64,000 nucleotides of DNA from Podarcis melisellensis (taxonomy: Eukaryota): assembly GCA_964234715.1 (NCBI GenBank), contig OZ174275.1; one strand, given 5' to 3'. This document shows positions 25,265 through 39,200 of this stretch, one piece after another. Position 1 is the first letter of the stretch. Each line of letters begins with the position of its first letter. The position numbers were made by a program, and so were the translations under genes. The notes beneath the pieces were generated by a model. It did not search any database. It had not been told where the DNA came from and saw nothing but the letters and a program-made list of their open reading frames with translations.

Positions 25265-25369
25265 CTCCTGCTGCAGTTTGTCCACCGCACTAGTCACAGA
25301 CACTTCGTCCGGCTTCATGTACTTCTGGGTCATTGTCTCCTTCAGATTTTGCTTCAGCTCCGTATTCAG
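25265..25369 (-). CDS. CD151: CD151 coding exon 4 ([35 protein letters not shown])
   Basis: 105 nt, AG/GT flanks, large extracellular loop helices A/B. Confidence 0.96.
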
Positions 25370-28300
25370 CTGCACAGGGTGGGGGAAAGGTAGTGGGGAT
25401 GGAAAGAAAATATGAATAACATCCTTCTTCAACATAGCTCTCTGTATGATAACCAACACAAAACTGCACCCAGAATGACTCAATAGATCCCTGGTCCAAT
25501 TTTACAAGATAAATAAATTTGGGAAACAAAGGCGAGATGGAGAGTTGCAGAATGTTAGGCAAGTGGGTTGCTCAAGAGCAGAGATAGGAAGCCTGTGGCT
25601 CACCAGATGTAGCAGGACTAGAACTCACAACTTCCTAGCCACTGGCCAGGTAGGCCAGGACTAATGGAAGGCCACATCTCTGCTCTAGAGAATCCGCAAG
25701 CTCTAAATAAACACAGGCAGATGCAACAAGCCTTTCTTCCCTTTTGCCTAGGTAGATCAGAATCTGGTGGTGAGATCTGAGTGATCTGCAAGAATTCTGA
25801 CTCCCAATCCTTTAACAATAGGAATGACACACTCCCCTCCTCCCCTCTAAACTAGGCTGCTGAGATGAAGAAAGCTGCAGGAGGGGAACCAGAAGTTGAT
25901 TTGTGTCCAACTGGACTGTGAGTTAGTTCTGCTACTGAAAACAATCCCCCAGTTGAAAGTGTTCCAACAACGTTCTACCAGAATCACACTGCCACTATTT
26001 TGCTCCAGTTGGTGGACCTTGGGTGTCTTCTAAAAAGCCAAATACACGTCCCACAATCCTGAAGTCTGGCCGCTTCTAGCCTAAGCTTATTTTCTAACAT
26101 TTTCTGTAAAATAAACAGGCATCCCACTTCACTTGAATTCTAGCTTGTTATATGGCCCTGGGGCTCCACTGGCTTGGGCCCAAGCACCTGGGCTTGACTA
26201 GATTCATGGGTCAGGCTATCAGCAACCCAAGTACTTTTGAAAGTAGAGCTCTGCAGCTGTCACCATGAGCTACATTTTCTCTCATGCATGCACTTCACCA
26301 CTGGTGAATGAGATGGAAAGTTCCATCAAACTCTTACTACAATGTACACAGAAACAACAAAGCTGCCTTATACTATAAACTCGTCTAGCTAACTACCTGC
26401 CAACCCTGATTGGCTACATATCTGTAGGATCTTGAGCAGAGATCTCTCTCAGCCCAACCCACGGAGATCTTTTAACTGCAAATGTCAGGAACTCAGCCCA
26501 GAGACCTTTCAGCATCTAAAGAAAATGCTCTACCACAGAAGCACTTGGGGAGAGGAGCGGATGCCCCAGGAAACAAAGCAAGGGTTTTTGCATCAAAATA
26601 CGGCAGTGATACATCCTTAAATTCCACTTGTACAAGGTAAACATATCAAAGGAGTGACTAGAGCATCATTTGTTTGCCAGACTAGTGCTTTGATTTGAAC
26701 CCAAATGATATGAGGCTTTAGAGATGAATAATTCACACAAATACAAGGGGGAAAGGTTTGCTGGCACCAAAAGCAAAATGAGAGAGAGAGAGACTCAATT
26801 AGCAGATGCCTTCCAGGAAAAACAAAATAAATTACCTGTGGGCTCATAGGAAAGAACTGCAGCGTGGAACAAAGGCAGCAAAAGCAAATACACAGAGTTT
26901 TATAAGCATATTGGGGGAAAGGGAAGCAAGGAGGGGAAAATAAGAGGAAGAATCACAAAAGACAAAGTGCATTCAGTCCTAGATATAAGGGGAAAGGAGG
27001 CTTGCATGGAAGGTGTGGCAGACAGAAGAAACAGAGGCTTGCAAAACAAGTAGGATCCACACAAACACTGGTGTCCCTCCCCAAACTACAAATCCCAGCA
27101 TGCCACGCTCACTTGCTTGCATTATCAAACTCAATACCATGCATTCCTGAAACAGCATTTTAAATTAGCTCATCCTTCCTGGGAAGCTGATTGGATAATC
27201 ATGCTAAGAGCTAATGATTCCTCAGACAGCTTTTGAAAAAGAAAGCGTCCTCTCTTTGAAAAAACGTTTGGCCTGTTCTGTGCTGGATGATTTCTGTCCA
27301 TATGAAGTTGTGATTGCTTAGGAATTATTCAAGGCAGTCTATTAAACAATTTCCATGCAAACCTGGATATAGGAGTTAGCTTCATTTTACCTTACCCATT
27401 AAATAAATAAGATGCAACAAAATCCCTGCAAGGGTGTCTTCTCAAAGGCTATGGGGTGGGGGGACATACAATAAAAAACCCCATCTAGAACAGTCATCCC
27501 CCCTCACTTGGTGCCCTCCAGATGTTTTGGACTACAACTTCCATCCTTGATAACCTCTGGCTACGCTGGCTGGGGCTGACTGGAGCTGTAGTTCAGCAAG
27601 ATCTGGAGAGCGCCAGGTTGGGAACGGCTGATCTATGCAAAGCTTATGAACGCATGTGGTGTAGCCCAGGAGATCAAGCTTTGTCGAAATGCACACATCT
27701 GTTTTATAAAAGGATATGTGTGAAGACCTGAGTTACGGTGTTCTGTCACACACCTATCTTCCCATTGCCTTTAGGCCACCAGATCTGTATACTTGTAGCT
27801 GAATGCTGACATCAGAATCGTTTAAACAAAATATGGATGATCCTGAGGAAGTTGGTGCATGTAGACCTCTTATTTTCCCCACTGAGCTTTTCTGAGTTTA
27901 GTCACACTTATTTATACAATAGGAAGGTGCTACAGTAACAAGAGCTTTTTGCTAGTAAGTGGGGGGGGGGGGAATCTTCAGCACAAGCAATCAGACTGTT
28001 AGTCCATTTCATACTACAGTAATGTGACAAGGGAAAAGAGAAAGAGGCAATGCAAAGGGAAATTTGTATTCCAAGCACAGGTGCAGCAGCTAGCCAGATG
28101 CTTTGTTAGAGGGTATTTTCACACATCAAGACACTTTTTCTGGATCAACTCAATGCTGATCTATTTCATGCAGTATTAAATTGGCAAACTCATACACAAT
28201 TCATAGGCAAATACCATTTCGGGTGGCAGTGGTAGTTTTTTTAATTTTTTTAAAAAAATCAAACTGATATAAATCACTGGGTGATATCGTACAGAGACAT

Positions 28301-29169
28301 ACTCAGAGTAGACCCACGAAATGGTTTTTTTTACACATAGAATTATTTTTGTTGACAATGTTTTTCACTGTGAAATGGCTTCAACATATTTTATGGGAAG
28401 TGATTCATAAATGGAGTCAAATAAATAAATACATTGCTGCACCACAAAACTGGCTCTGCTTGGGCCAATGTTGTAAACAAATGCATGCAAATAAGATTTG
28501 AAATGAAAGTAAGTTTTTTTTATACATCAGAGGAAGGTACCGGGAGAGAAAAAAGGTAGGACAAGATGGGCTCATAACACACCTTTAAACTGAACTCTCA
28601 GTAGTCACACAATACGAGCCTGCTATTCTAGGACACTTAAATATCTCTTGTACACCCACCCTCACCCCATCAGTTCAGGGTATCAGTTTATTGGCCACAG
28701 CGGCATCACTCATCTCTGCAACAGACATGTTCATAGGGAACTGAAGAGCCTCTGCCAGCAGCAGGCTTCTTTCACCTGTGATGTTGCCACCGATGTCACT
28801 ATAGGGCTGGCTGGGATTGGACATGGGAGTATGAAGGGAAACCACAGCAGAATGACAGGTGGGGCTGTGCAGAGCGAAAGGAGAACCAGTGTGACATAGC
28901 GATGAAGAGTTCAGGTCCCCGCTCAGCCATGAAGCTCACTGGGTTGTAGTGAGGATAAAATGGGGAGAACTTTGTACACCCCCTTGAAGGAGAAGGTGGT
29001 ATATAAGTGTAACAAACAAACAAACAAACAAACAAACAAACATGTGCATGCTTTTTTTATGACAAACACCAGGACACTTGTGAGAAGTGAAAGGCAATGG
29101 TGTGAGAACCCTGGAAAATACAGCCTGTCAAACTGAGGGGCTCTTTGCTAGTTATTAGTGGCTGCTTAC

Positions 29170-29244
29170 CTGCTGGTAGTAGATATAGGCCAGGATTCCA
29201 GCAATTACCTCAAGCAGGAAGATGCACAGCAGCAATATAAAATA
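29170..29244 (-). CDS. CD151: CD151 coding exon 3 (YFILLLCIFLLEVIAGILAYIYYQQ, TM3)
   Basis: 75 nt, flanked by ttttttgcag and gtaagc. Near-identical to human YFILLLIIFLLEIIAGILAYAYYQQ. Confidence 0.96.
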
Positions 29245-32200
29245 CTGCAAAAAACCAAAATGACATGTTAGAATAGACCAGAGCATAATGTCACCACCAG
29301 TGAAAGGTTCCCTATGTAAATCTTTGAGGAAATGCTCAAAGCTAACAAATCGATTCCACTTCCTCCCCAAGAAACATAGACTGGCAAAACAAGCAGAGGT
29401 GGGTGCCAATGCTTGAAAGCCCAGAGAATGGGCAGCACGGAATGGGGAAAGTAACTTGCTGGGATCCAGTGGCACAGCTAGAGATGACATGTTGAGTTCA
29501 GTAGATTCAGCAACAAAAACCAGTGTAGTTAACACATGAAGCTGCGTTTCGCTGACTCAAGTCCACCCAGCCTAGCATGGTCTACTCAGATATGCAATGG
29601 ATCTCCACAGCCGTCTTTCGTAGTCCTGCTACCTGCAATGCTTTTAACTGGAAATACCAGGGATTGAGCCTCAAATATTCCTGCATGCAAAGCACGAGTG
29701 ACTGAGCCTTGGTTCATCCCTGGGCGGTTTTCACAGCTGTGGTTCCTACTTCTCTCCTGCCAATGCCACTTGTCTTGAAATGCAAGCCCTCCAAAGCGAC
29801 ATCATTAGGAGCTCATCACAAGCTTGTTAGGGGGCAGTGGAATGCTTCCTTGGTGAGGGCAGGGAGGGTTTCAGAATAGCTGGGCTTCTTGCAGGGAGGG
29901 CTCTCCCATGTGGGCAAGAGTCAGCAACATGCCTGCAGCAGCACAGGGGCAGCTTCCGGAACTTTGGACTGAACCGTCAAAGAATACAACCAGGCACAGG
30001 GTGCAACACAGAAGAGTTTCCCTGCCCAAATTGCTCAGAGACCCCTAAAGCGGACCTTTCTGCTGACAACCAACCCAGAACTTGAGCAAGGCTTGGATCG
30101 TTCAGAACTCATGACACATTACATCACTAAGCTTATGACAGCCTGAGCTGTACATGTACCGTCAGCAACAGAATTAGAATTGATATAATGGGAGAAATCT
30201 GAAATCTGCTTGGAAACTCTTTGTATACAAGTATCTGCCACCGCCATTATGGTACTTAGCCACACACAATTACTGATGTGTTTTTTGGTATTGCAGTTTT
30301 AGTGACACGGGTGCTACACACACCACAACCTATTCCACTGGCTATAATACACTGCTTTTTACAAGCCCATTTCAGCAGCCAGCAGGATCCCTGCAAGTCC
30401 CAGGGGAGACTTCTGCAGCACCATGCAGGCAAACCCTAACTTAGGACACCCAAAGACCATCCTGCAAATCCCCTGCCATTGGAATTAAGGCGGGTAGTGA
30501 CTAGGCAAGGATCTTCTCAGTTGTGGTGCCCTATCTCACAGAGTGTTTCCAACCGTTGGAAAACCTATGAAGTTCTATGCTGCTCTTGAAAAGTTTAAAG
30601 ACCAGCATGTGTGTGTTTTTATGCTCCTTAATAACTGCCTTTCAATCTTTCATCTGAGGGATTTAATTTTCTTATTTACTTCCTTTGCTAGCTGCCCTGG
30701 AAATACACACTAGTGAAGGTCATAGCATAAATGTTATTTAACTGAACAGTAAAAGTTAGAAGGGTTTCTCTGCCAGGCAGTCTCCAGTCTGTGAGCACAC
30801 CACATCAGCCATTCACTCACCCCACAAAGTGTTGCTGAAGCCTCAGACCAACTGCATGCTTGGACAAGGTATCCCTTTCATACCATGAGAATGAGTAACC
30901 TAGCAGCGCTCTGGCTAACCAAAATGGGAGACTGAAATTGAACAGAAACACACCTTAACCCAAGGGACCGCTTTCTTGCTTTCTTTTTGGAGACAAGTTA
31001 GTCAGAGCTACTGACATCATCCCTTTGTCCAGCTTGTACATTAAGGAAAGAGGAAACAATCAACTAAGGAGCTGGAAAGTTGTAATTTCCAGTGCTTGTG
31101 TTCTAACATTGTCCTCTTTGAAAGTACACTCCTCCTCCCACAACCACACCACTGAGGAGATATATCTATATGTATATTTCTTCAATGGCAGAACGATCAG
31201 GGCTGATAGAAAAGTCCAGATTTAAAACAGCACAGCTATAAGACATCTAATATATATAGAAGCACATTTCTTCTTTAAGAAGTGAGGTTGGAGCAGGAGG
31301 ACAGAATCCATCAGAGTTCCTATTAGTCAAAGAGAGCTGCCTTTGGGGCAGGGAGGGGATGATACTCCACAACTGGGAAGGAAGATCAGTTAAATATCCT
31401 ATGTGAATCATCTACTGGAGTACCTCCAAAATAAAGTTTTATGGAAGTCATATGATCTGAGTTGGAGGGGTGGGGGAGGAGAGAGAAAGACCCCACACTT
31501 TCTAATTCAGTGGGCCATCTACATACAATCATCATTATAAAGGAATATCTTCTAGCTTTCAATCATTATGGCTATAAAATAACACAACTGACACATCACT
31601 TCTCAAACTTTCATTCATCATGATGATCCACAAAGACTATTCTTACATATGACATTCTGTACTGAGCATCAAGATTACGACATTGAAAGAAACTGGGGTT
31701 ACCTGGTGCAAAGTGGCCCTCTAGACCTGTGAAAATATGCTTGGGGTATGGCAGCCCTTGCCAATCTGGTGCCTTCCTCCAGCTGGGTTGGACTACAGCT
31801 CCCATGGTGGTGGCTGGGGCTGATGGGAGTTGTAGTCCAACACAGCTGGAGGGAAGGCACCAGGCTGATGAAGGCTGGGATATGGGCTTAAGCTCAGGAT
31901 TGGCAGAAGCCTTTGAGCCAACTCTGCCTGGCTGGCCACAAAGTGTTTGTTGTGCATGCTGCTTAACTAAACCGGAGGCCAAGAGACAGGCGACAATAGA
32001 TCTGTCACAACCAGCCACTCAGGGGAGGGGAGAATGGCAACAAAAGGCTCTTTTGTTCCCAAGAGACAATCATTAGTTTTCTGTGGCAAAACAACAAAAA
32101 AGGACTGTACCAAATTTTTCATCTGTAATTGCTGGCTTGGAAAGACAGAAACAAAAAGGGAGAAGTCTTCCGCACACTGGGCCATTGTGTGCCTGCCAAG

Positions 32201-32532
32201 AGGGATTGGTATGGTCTACAGGCCATGTCAGCTCCAGTATCATCACAAGCCATGAGAAATACCACTTCAGAAATATCATAGCGCTTTCTTTGTCCTTACT
32301 GTGTGGTGTCCCTGCGAAAGAGGCCTCCGCCTCACACCTTCCTTTTTCACGGCTGCACTGGCAGAGAACGCGTCCATTTCCCAGCCCCACCAACACATTT
32401 AGTTGGAGCAAGCCTACTTTTCACATTATACTCTGACACACTTTCTGCAACACAGCTATTCCTATTGATGTCAGAAAGAGGAGCATATGAAGGATCTCAC
32501 AGGAACACAGGAAGATGCCTTACACAAGTCTA

Positions 32533-32672
32533 GCCATGCCTCTGAACACTAGTTGCTGGAAACTGCAGGTGGGCAGAATGCTCTTGAGCTTAGGTCCCGC
32601 TTGTGGGCTTCCCAGAGGCATCTGGCTGGGATGCTGGGCTCGATGGGCCACTGGCCTGATCCAACAGGGGTT
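32533..32672 (+). mobile_element. CR1 3'UTR fragment inserted in a minus-strand SINE remnant
   Basis: Reads atgcctctgaacactagttgctgg...ttcccagaggcatctggctgg...gcctgatccaacagg. It splits the SINE motif ggaagatgccttac...tggtccatctagttcagtattg. Confidence 0.55.
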
Positions 32673-32874
32673 ATATTCACTGGTCCATCTAGTTCAGTAT
32701 TGCAGACACTGATTGGCAGTAGCTTCCCAAGGCCGGAATTAGTGGTGGGTCTCCCCACCCAAACATTTCTCTCTTTCTGTCTTAACCCCTACTTCCCTGT
32801 TACAATTTAGCGTGGCTCTCCGTGTCGATCCCTGCCTACACTGAGGTCTTCCCACTTGCTCAAAGAATACTCAC

Positions 32875-33066
32875 CACTCTCAGGAGGCTCCGCTGCTCCC
32901 TGAATGTAGCACAGCAGCCCAAGATGCCGGTGATCATGACCACAACGCCTGCCACCACCAGGATGTAGGCTGTTGCCATGTACGTATTGGACTGCAGGAG
33001 GCTTATGTAATCGCTCTTTTCAGCCAGGGTCCAGATGCCCACTGCCATCACGGCTCCACCTGCCAG
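32875..33066 (-). CDS. CD151: CD151 coding exon 2 ([24 protein letters not shown]...[15 protein letters not shown])
   Basis: 192 nt, phase 0, AG/GT flanks. KSDYISLL and TAYILVVAG favour CD151 over TSPAN11. Confidence 0.96.
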
Positions 33067-33692
33067 CTTAAGAGAGAAAGGAAGATAATGAGTTAAATGC
33101 AGCTGGGGTAGAGAAAACATGAGGCACCATTATCTAGCAGAACCACCTATTGCCTCATCAATGGTGGTTCACCATGGTCTGATTCAGGGTCCCTTGGCAG
33201 AGGGGCTCCTGCTGATCTCAATGAGGATCTAAGTTCAAGTGAAGCACCTTTTCACTCTTATCCTTGCCTATCACACTGCTTTGAAGATTTCTAATGGTCA
33301 CTTTTGACGGAAGTTATGGGAAGAGTAGAATAAAGAAAGGCCTATCTATGTGTAGAGGGCCTCCAGCCTTCCTGGAACTTACCTCTTCAGAAGGCAATCT
33401 GGGGATAACCCAGTGGAATGCTCCCCTATGGCTATGCCATCAACACCCATCTTCAGAAAGCTATCAGGGAGAAGTTCTAACCTAGCACTCACCTCAATGT
33501 GGCTGTGCTTTTTGTGGAATAAAGGAGCAGCTAGAAGCTAAGCTCCAACTATCTGCTAATTTTGGAGCAGACTGGCTGTTCTCTTTAAATCATGCAGAAG
33601 AGCATAAAAAGTCATCCTAATCGCCCCACTGCTCCAGGATACTCCCAAATTCACAGTACAAATCAGCAAAATTGCTAAAGCTGGCTCCTTAC

Positions 33693-33776
33693 CCAGAAAA
33701 AGAAGTTGAAGATGAAGAGGAGATATTTGAGACAGATGGTCCCACATGTTTCCTTGTTTTCAGAGTAGTCACGCAT
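33693..33776 (-). CDS. CD151: CD151 tetraspanin, coding exon 1 (MRDYSENKETCGTICLKYLLFIFNFFFW)
   Basis: Manual translation, 84 nt with ATG at 33776-33774 and GT donor at 33692-33691. Matches the CD151 N-terminus (human [28 protein letters not shown]), including the two palmitoylated Cys. An acceptor (ttttccacag) at 33796-33795 implies 18 nt of 5'UTR in this exon. Confidence 0.95.
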
Positions 33777-35199
33777 TGTCGCAATTTAGCAGGGCTGTGG
33801 AAAAGCTTCAAGAAAAGGGAAGATTTCTGTTAGAAAACCCTTTCCCCCTTTGACACTCAATAAGCAACTGTCAACCAGCTTTCTTCTGTATTCAACCACC
33901 ACTCTTAAGAGGCATTGCCAAGATGTAACTTAAGAAACACATAAGGGGGAAAACATGGCTGGTAATACTGCAAGCCCACCCTGTCAGTTCCAGGACAGGT
34001 CAATGGAAGCTGCTTTGTACCCAGTCAGACCATTGGTCCATCTGTTGTCTACACTGACCAGAAGTGAGTCTCCAGGGAATGACCCTGGAGGAACCTTCTG
34101 CATGCAAAACAGATGCTTTACCACTCAGCTACAGACCTTTCCCTACTATTACCGCTGGAGTTAAGATCACTATGTGCCAGGGCACATCTCCACCAATCTA
34201 TGGCCCCCTGGTGATGCTAGCAGGTATGTGGTCATATAGCCAAACGTCTTCTTCAAGGTAGACTAGGTTCAGGCTATCCAAAATTTCATAAGCCAGAAAT
34301 GGGGAAACCTGTTGTCTTCCTGATGTTGTTGGACTACAACTCCCCTCAACCCTGACAACTGGCCATGTTGGCCGGGGCTGATGGGAGTCCAGAGACATCC
34401 AGAGAGCCACAGGCCCCCCCATCCCTGTTATAAGCTTTCACTAGCACCTTGGATTGTGCTGGAAAACCACAAAAACCCAGAGCACAGGCATATGAAAAAT
34501 CATCTTGCTCAGGTTCCCCTAATGACGTGGAGCTAGAAACAGCAGCCCACTCCTGGATTTCATGTGCAGTTAAGTGTTTGGTGCAGAGAAGTTTTCCCTT
34601 TTTTCCTCTCTCACATGATTCAGAAGCTATGTCACCTCCTCAGAAACTGGTACATGGCACTGGGGGCAGGAGGAGATTCCCAGAATGGGAATATTTCCAT
34701 GTCTGAGCCATCTCAGTCTGTCCCCTTTACCTAATTATGCAAGGAAAGTTTTATTCTTTTTCTCTTAGGATATGTGACAGCATAGCTGGCAGCAAGCAGG
34801 GTTCACAAGCAAAGGGGAGAGGCTGAGAGATGACAGCATACATCCAAGATAGTAAAAGGGAGAGAACAACAAGGCTCCTTCCTTGGCTTCCTGACAGCCC
34901 AGTCTTCATGAGAAATTACCGCACAGCTCTGCCAAAACATAAAAAGGAGCTTCAGAGGCATCCATTGGTCCTCAAAAATCCCACTCTCATCCACTGCTCC
35001 CCCCACCCCACCCGCTTGGGATATACTGCTTGTATAAGATGAGAGATTTACTGTCCCCAGGACAAAAAACAAATCCTTTTGTTTATCTATAGATAGAACA
35101 GATTATATCAACAATTGAAACAGACATACGTGCTACAAAAATAAACTGGCTTTGCTGTCATGATCCGCCCCCCCCAAAAAAAACACAGGATCCTAGAAA

Positions 35200-35875
35200 C
35201 TACAGTTTTCCCTGTCTGGCACTTTGACTGGCTTTCATGTTCTGCTGCTTGCTCATGGTCCAGCTTTACCCCACCTCTGTTTGGATGATCAGAAACATGT
35301 TCATCCTCACCCTGTAGGGATGATTCATCCTGAAATGGACATCTTCCCATTTCCGTGGGCTTCCCCCCCCTCCAAGGGTTTGTTAAAGAAATGCTCTGCA
35401 ACCTTTCTGATGTTAAGCACCAGGCATCTGGTTCCATTCTGGTTCAAGCAGAGGGTCCCCTCTCAGTGGTATAGGCCCAGCTTATCCCAAAACATTCCCC
35501 AATGCCCCAAACACCTTAATCTTTCTCCCTGTGTAACCATCTCATCTACACATGGAGACAGATCAGTTTCACTTAACCAACTCACCCTGCACATGGAACA
35601 GGGTGGCATTTCAGAGAAAGCTACCACCTCAGAGGTTGTGGTCTTCAATGTTACCTTCCAGTTCTGCACAATTACAGTTCTCCTTCTTACTGGTGCATAC
35701 CTGCTCACACAAACACTGACTTCCTCCTCTGCACAATCTAACAGGCTATCTAAACTATGGGTGGCACCTATAACCTTCATCTCAGCAGGCAAGTTGCCAT
35801 CCGGTCTACAAACCTGTCACAAAGCCAACTCTTCATGGATACAATTATGATCAAATTGCCCTCTACTCCCTGAAG
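35200..35875 (-). mobile_element. CR1 LINE ORF1 (SGNH esterase-like domain) pseudogenic fragment plus ORF1-ORF2 linker
   Basis: Minus-strand translation gives SLDSLLDCAEEE...VAFSEMPP...GHWGMFWDKLGLY...LNQNGTRCLVLNIRKVAEHFFN, matching the end of the CR1 ORF1 esterase domain, with frameshifts. Confidence 0.75.
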
Positions 35876-35964
35876 GTACATACGCAGTGCAAGGATGACT
35901 TCCATTACCTTCATACAGTTTGGATAAATGCACGTCCCAGTCCCAGAAGGATGCTAAATTTCCG

Positions 35965-36290
35965 CTCATAATGCTAGAAACCCAGGGTCATTCAGTGAAG
36001 CTGAATGGTGATGGATTTAGGACAGATCAACACACATTGATGGTCACCAACTTGGATGGCCTTCGAAGGGGATTAGATAAATTCACTGAGGATAAGACTA
36101 TCAATGGCTGCAAGTAGCGATGCCTGTATATTACATCCAGTACCAGAGGCTGTAAATCTCTGAAAACCAGCTTCTGGGAACACAAGAGGGAAACTGCTAT
36201 GGTGGTGAGTGTCCTGTTTCTACACTTTCAATTGGCATCTAGTTGGCTACTGTTGAGAAACAGAATGTTAGGCTAGATAGGCCTGTGGCT
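35965..36290 (+). mobile_element. CR1 3' end fragment
   Basis: ETQGHSVKLNGDGFRTD...NLDGLRRGLDKFTEDKTING matches the CR1 ORF2 C-terminus and is followed by 3'UTR. Confidence 0.8.
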
Positions 36291-39200
36291 CTTCTTGTGG
36301 TTAGCAGGAGAAATGGCTGCGGGTTCAGCCCTGAAAGAAGTTTTCTATTAAGCAAAAAGTTCCAGGCGCTGCAACCTTTCCACACAGGGCAGTTGTTTCA
36401 TCTCCTTGGATCATTTTGGTTGCCCTTTTTCTGAACGAGAGTCTACCTCTCCTCTCCTCTGCAGAGGCCACATCTATGATGAGATGTACCATCATAGTGC
36501 ATGAATCAGTTCTTTCAACCCTTGTATGGACATGTCACAGCTGGAAGAAGCTGGAAGCATCATGTTAACTATGGAACAAGACACCCAAAAGTAAATGCCT
36601 ACCAGCTGCTTCAAAGTATTATATTTCCATTTTAAAGCTGCACTCAACTGCACATTAACCATGTTCTCATATTTTCTCTCCCAGTGAGGGACAGCATTTA
36701 GCTATGCATGACTCTGATCCAACATGCTTAAAATATATGGGTAGCTTGACTAGACTTCTGTGTGTACATAATAAACACATTTTGAAGTTTTTGGGCTCTG
36801 ATTAATGCTCATTGGCCACATGTTTTTTCCACGAAGCTCTTAAAGCTACATGGGATCTTGTTAGTCCCATCCCCATCTTCCACGAGTTGCATAGCACTGC
36901 TAGTAAAGCAAACAAGATTGTGAAGAGGTGCTAAAAGAGGGCTCTCCCATCGATTTTAGTGCTATAGTCAGAGAACAGCAGAAGGTTTATGAAGCATGCT
37001 GATTTATGGAGGACGGATGGCCAGTGAGTCATAGAACAATCATTGCTGTCTCCACTGGCCCTGGCCAGGAATAGCATCCTATTGAACAACGAGACTGTTC
37101 TTGCATTTAAATCAGCAACCCAAGGAAAGTACTACTGGAAATTAAACAAGCTATACAGACCATCCCACTTCACTGCTAGCATATTCTTTTCATTTCCATC
37201 AAGAAGAACGAATCAGTCTTTTCTACAGTGCTCTGGAAATGCAAAGTCAACACAACTCACAGGAACAGACTATCTAGCTCCAGAGCTGTATATGCTGCAC
37301 TAAAATTCCCACCCCAGAATTTTGCGTTCCAGTATGCTGCATTCCATTCCAAGGAAATCTGGGTTCTGTAACCTATGTGAATTAGGCAAATCCAGCAAGT
37401 GATCATATTGCTTATTCTGCTTTTGCAAAAAAACACACACCAAAAAACAAAAACAAAAAAACCTCACCCCACTAATTGGAAAACTTGCGCAGTCCCACCC
37501 CTCGAACTTCAACATGACTGCCTATACATTTTCACAATGGTAGGGGCTAGAAATTTCTCTTTAAAACAAGGGGAGTTGGAAAGGTGGGGTTTTGAGGGTG
37601 TGCTCTTATTTGCACTCAATAGAAATGTACTAGCCTACATTTGCAGAGCACACAAAATCCTTCACTGCACTCATAGTGTTGATCCAATCAAGGGCAAAGT
37701 TCAGGAAACCACTGCAAGTCTCCGCTTATCAGAAGAAAGGAGGCAAAGATCCCTTTAGCTTTAGGCACATTGCCTCAGTCTGAACACAGGAGATTGCAAG
37801 TTTAAAACCACCCAAGGCATTATTTCCCCTTTCAATCAAGCCTAGCCCCGCCCCATCCCTGCCGCACCTTAATTCACATAGCATTGCTTCACTGTGCACA
37901 CAAATCTGACTTCAAACACGAAGTGTAAAGCTGAAGAAAAAAATGGGATGAGCACTGGCACACTGGTTATGTGACAAGTCACCAGCTAGGCATAAAGGGG
38001 CGCTACCACAAAGTCAACTTTGCAACAAGACTGTCTCGGCACAACAGCTTGGTTAGATCAACTGAAACACGGCAATGAACCTATTAACTAAACACTCAAT
38101 TTGCACTTCACTTGTAGTTACATGAAATGGATGCCTACTATAATAATATTCTCGTCTAGCAGCCATAGGAAAGGAATGCCGCTATATCTTAAGGAAGGCT
38201 GTAAAAAAGAGGGACGTGGTTGCAACTGGCAACTTTCAAATCTAGGCCTAGTGAGCTGTTTTGCTTACAGAGAAAGGAAATTAGAATTGAACTACTATTA
38301 GGAGAAACTGCACCTCTCCCTCTTCAAAGGTTAAGGTGGTTCATCCTCAAATCAAACTTATGCCCAATCTGAAAAACAGAAGTGCTCTCACTTAAGATAG
38401 TGGTTGACCCATGAGTAGAAAGCAGAATTTTCTGTGTGAGCCTCAGCACAATCCATTTTTCATTTCTTTTTGCTTTTAACTTGTTATTAACTTGATATGA
38501 TTTTATTGTTTGGTTTTATGTTTTTATATTGTTGCAAACATTTTTCTGATACAGCAGTATATAAATATTTTAATAAATTCTCTGCCTGCAACTTCAGGCT
38601 TGCAGGAAAAAGGAATCACAGAGTTGAAAGAGATCACAAAGGCCAGCAAACCCAACCGCATGCCAAGACATAGATGCCCACACATCAACCTACTGCTACA
38701 AAACCTCACTAGTGTGTCCAGACAAGCAGATGCCAATGAAACTCCACCAAACTTAGGCAGTGTTTAGATTTGGGGTGCTCTTTGGTTCCACCCCTCTTTC
38801 TACACAGCCTGTGTTTCATTCTAAGACATTCTGTTCTCATTCACCATAATGAGTTATTGGCTGCACAAGACCATGCAAAGCGTAACATGCAGAATTCTCT
38901 GGAGCTGTTTATACACATCTCAAGATGTTCTTTATTAGCAAGACTACAAAGATCCTGCAGGCAATGTCATCTTGTTACTTACAAATGCATACACAGAGAA
39001 GGAAATTACCGCAGTTCCTCATGCTCACCATCAGCTTTTCTGCTAATGAAAGCAGGCATGTAAGCCTTTTGGGGTCCTCATTCACCAGCTAAGCAAGGAA
39101 AAGGAATCAGAAAGGGAGTGAGATGCCCTTCTACGTTCCTCCCAAAGCTTCCCCTAGCATAGAAAAAGATCACGTTTGGTAAGTTAAAGTAGGATTTAGA

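Noticed and set aside
17410-33776. Assignment as TSPAN11, TSPAN4 or TSPAN9
   Set aside because: [20 protein letters not shown] and the YRxLK tail all match CD151.
35224-35850. 208-aa plus-strand ORF
   Set aside because: It is the antisense shadow of a decayed CR1 ORF1 fragment.
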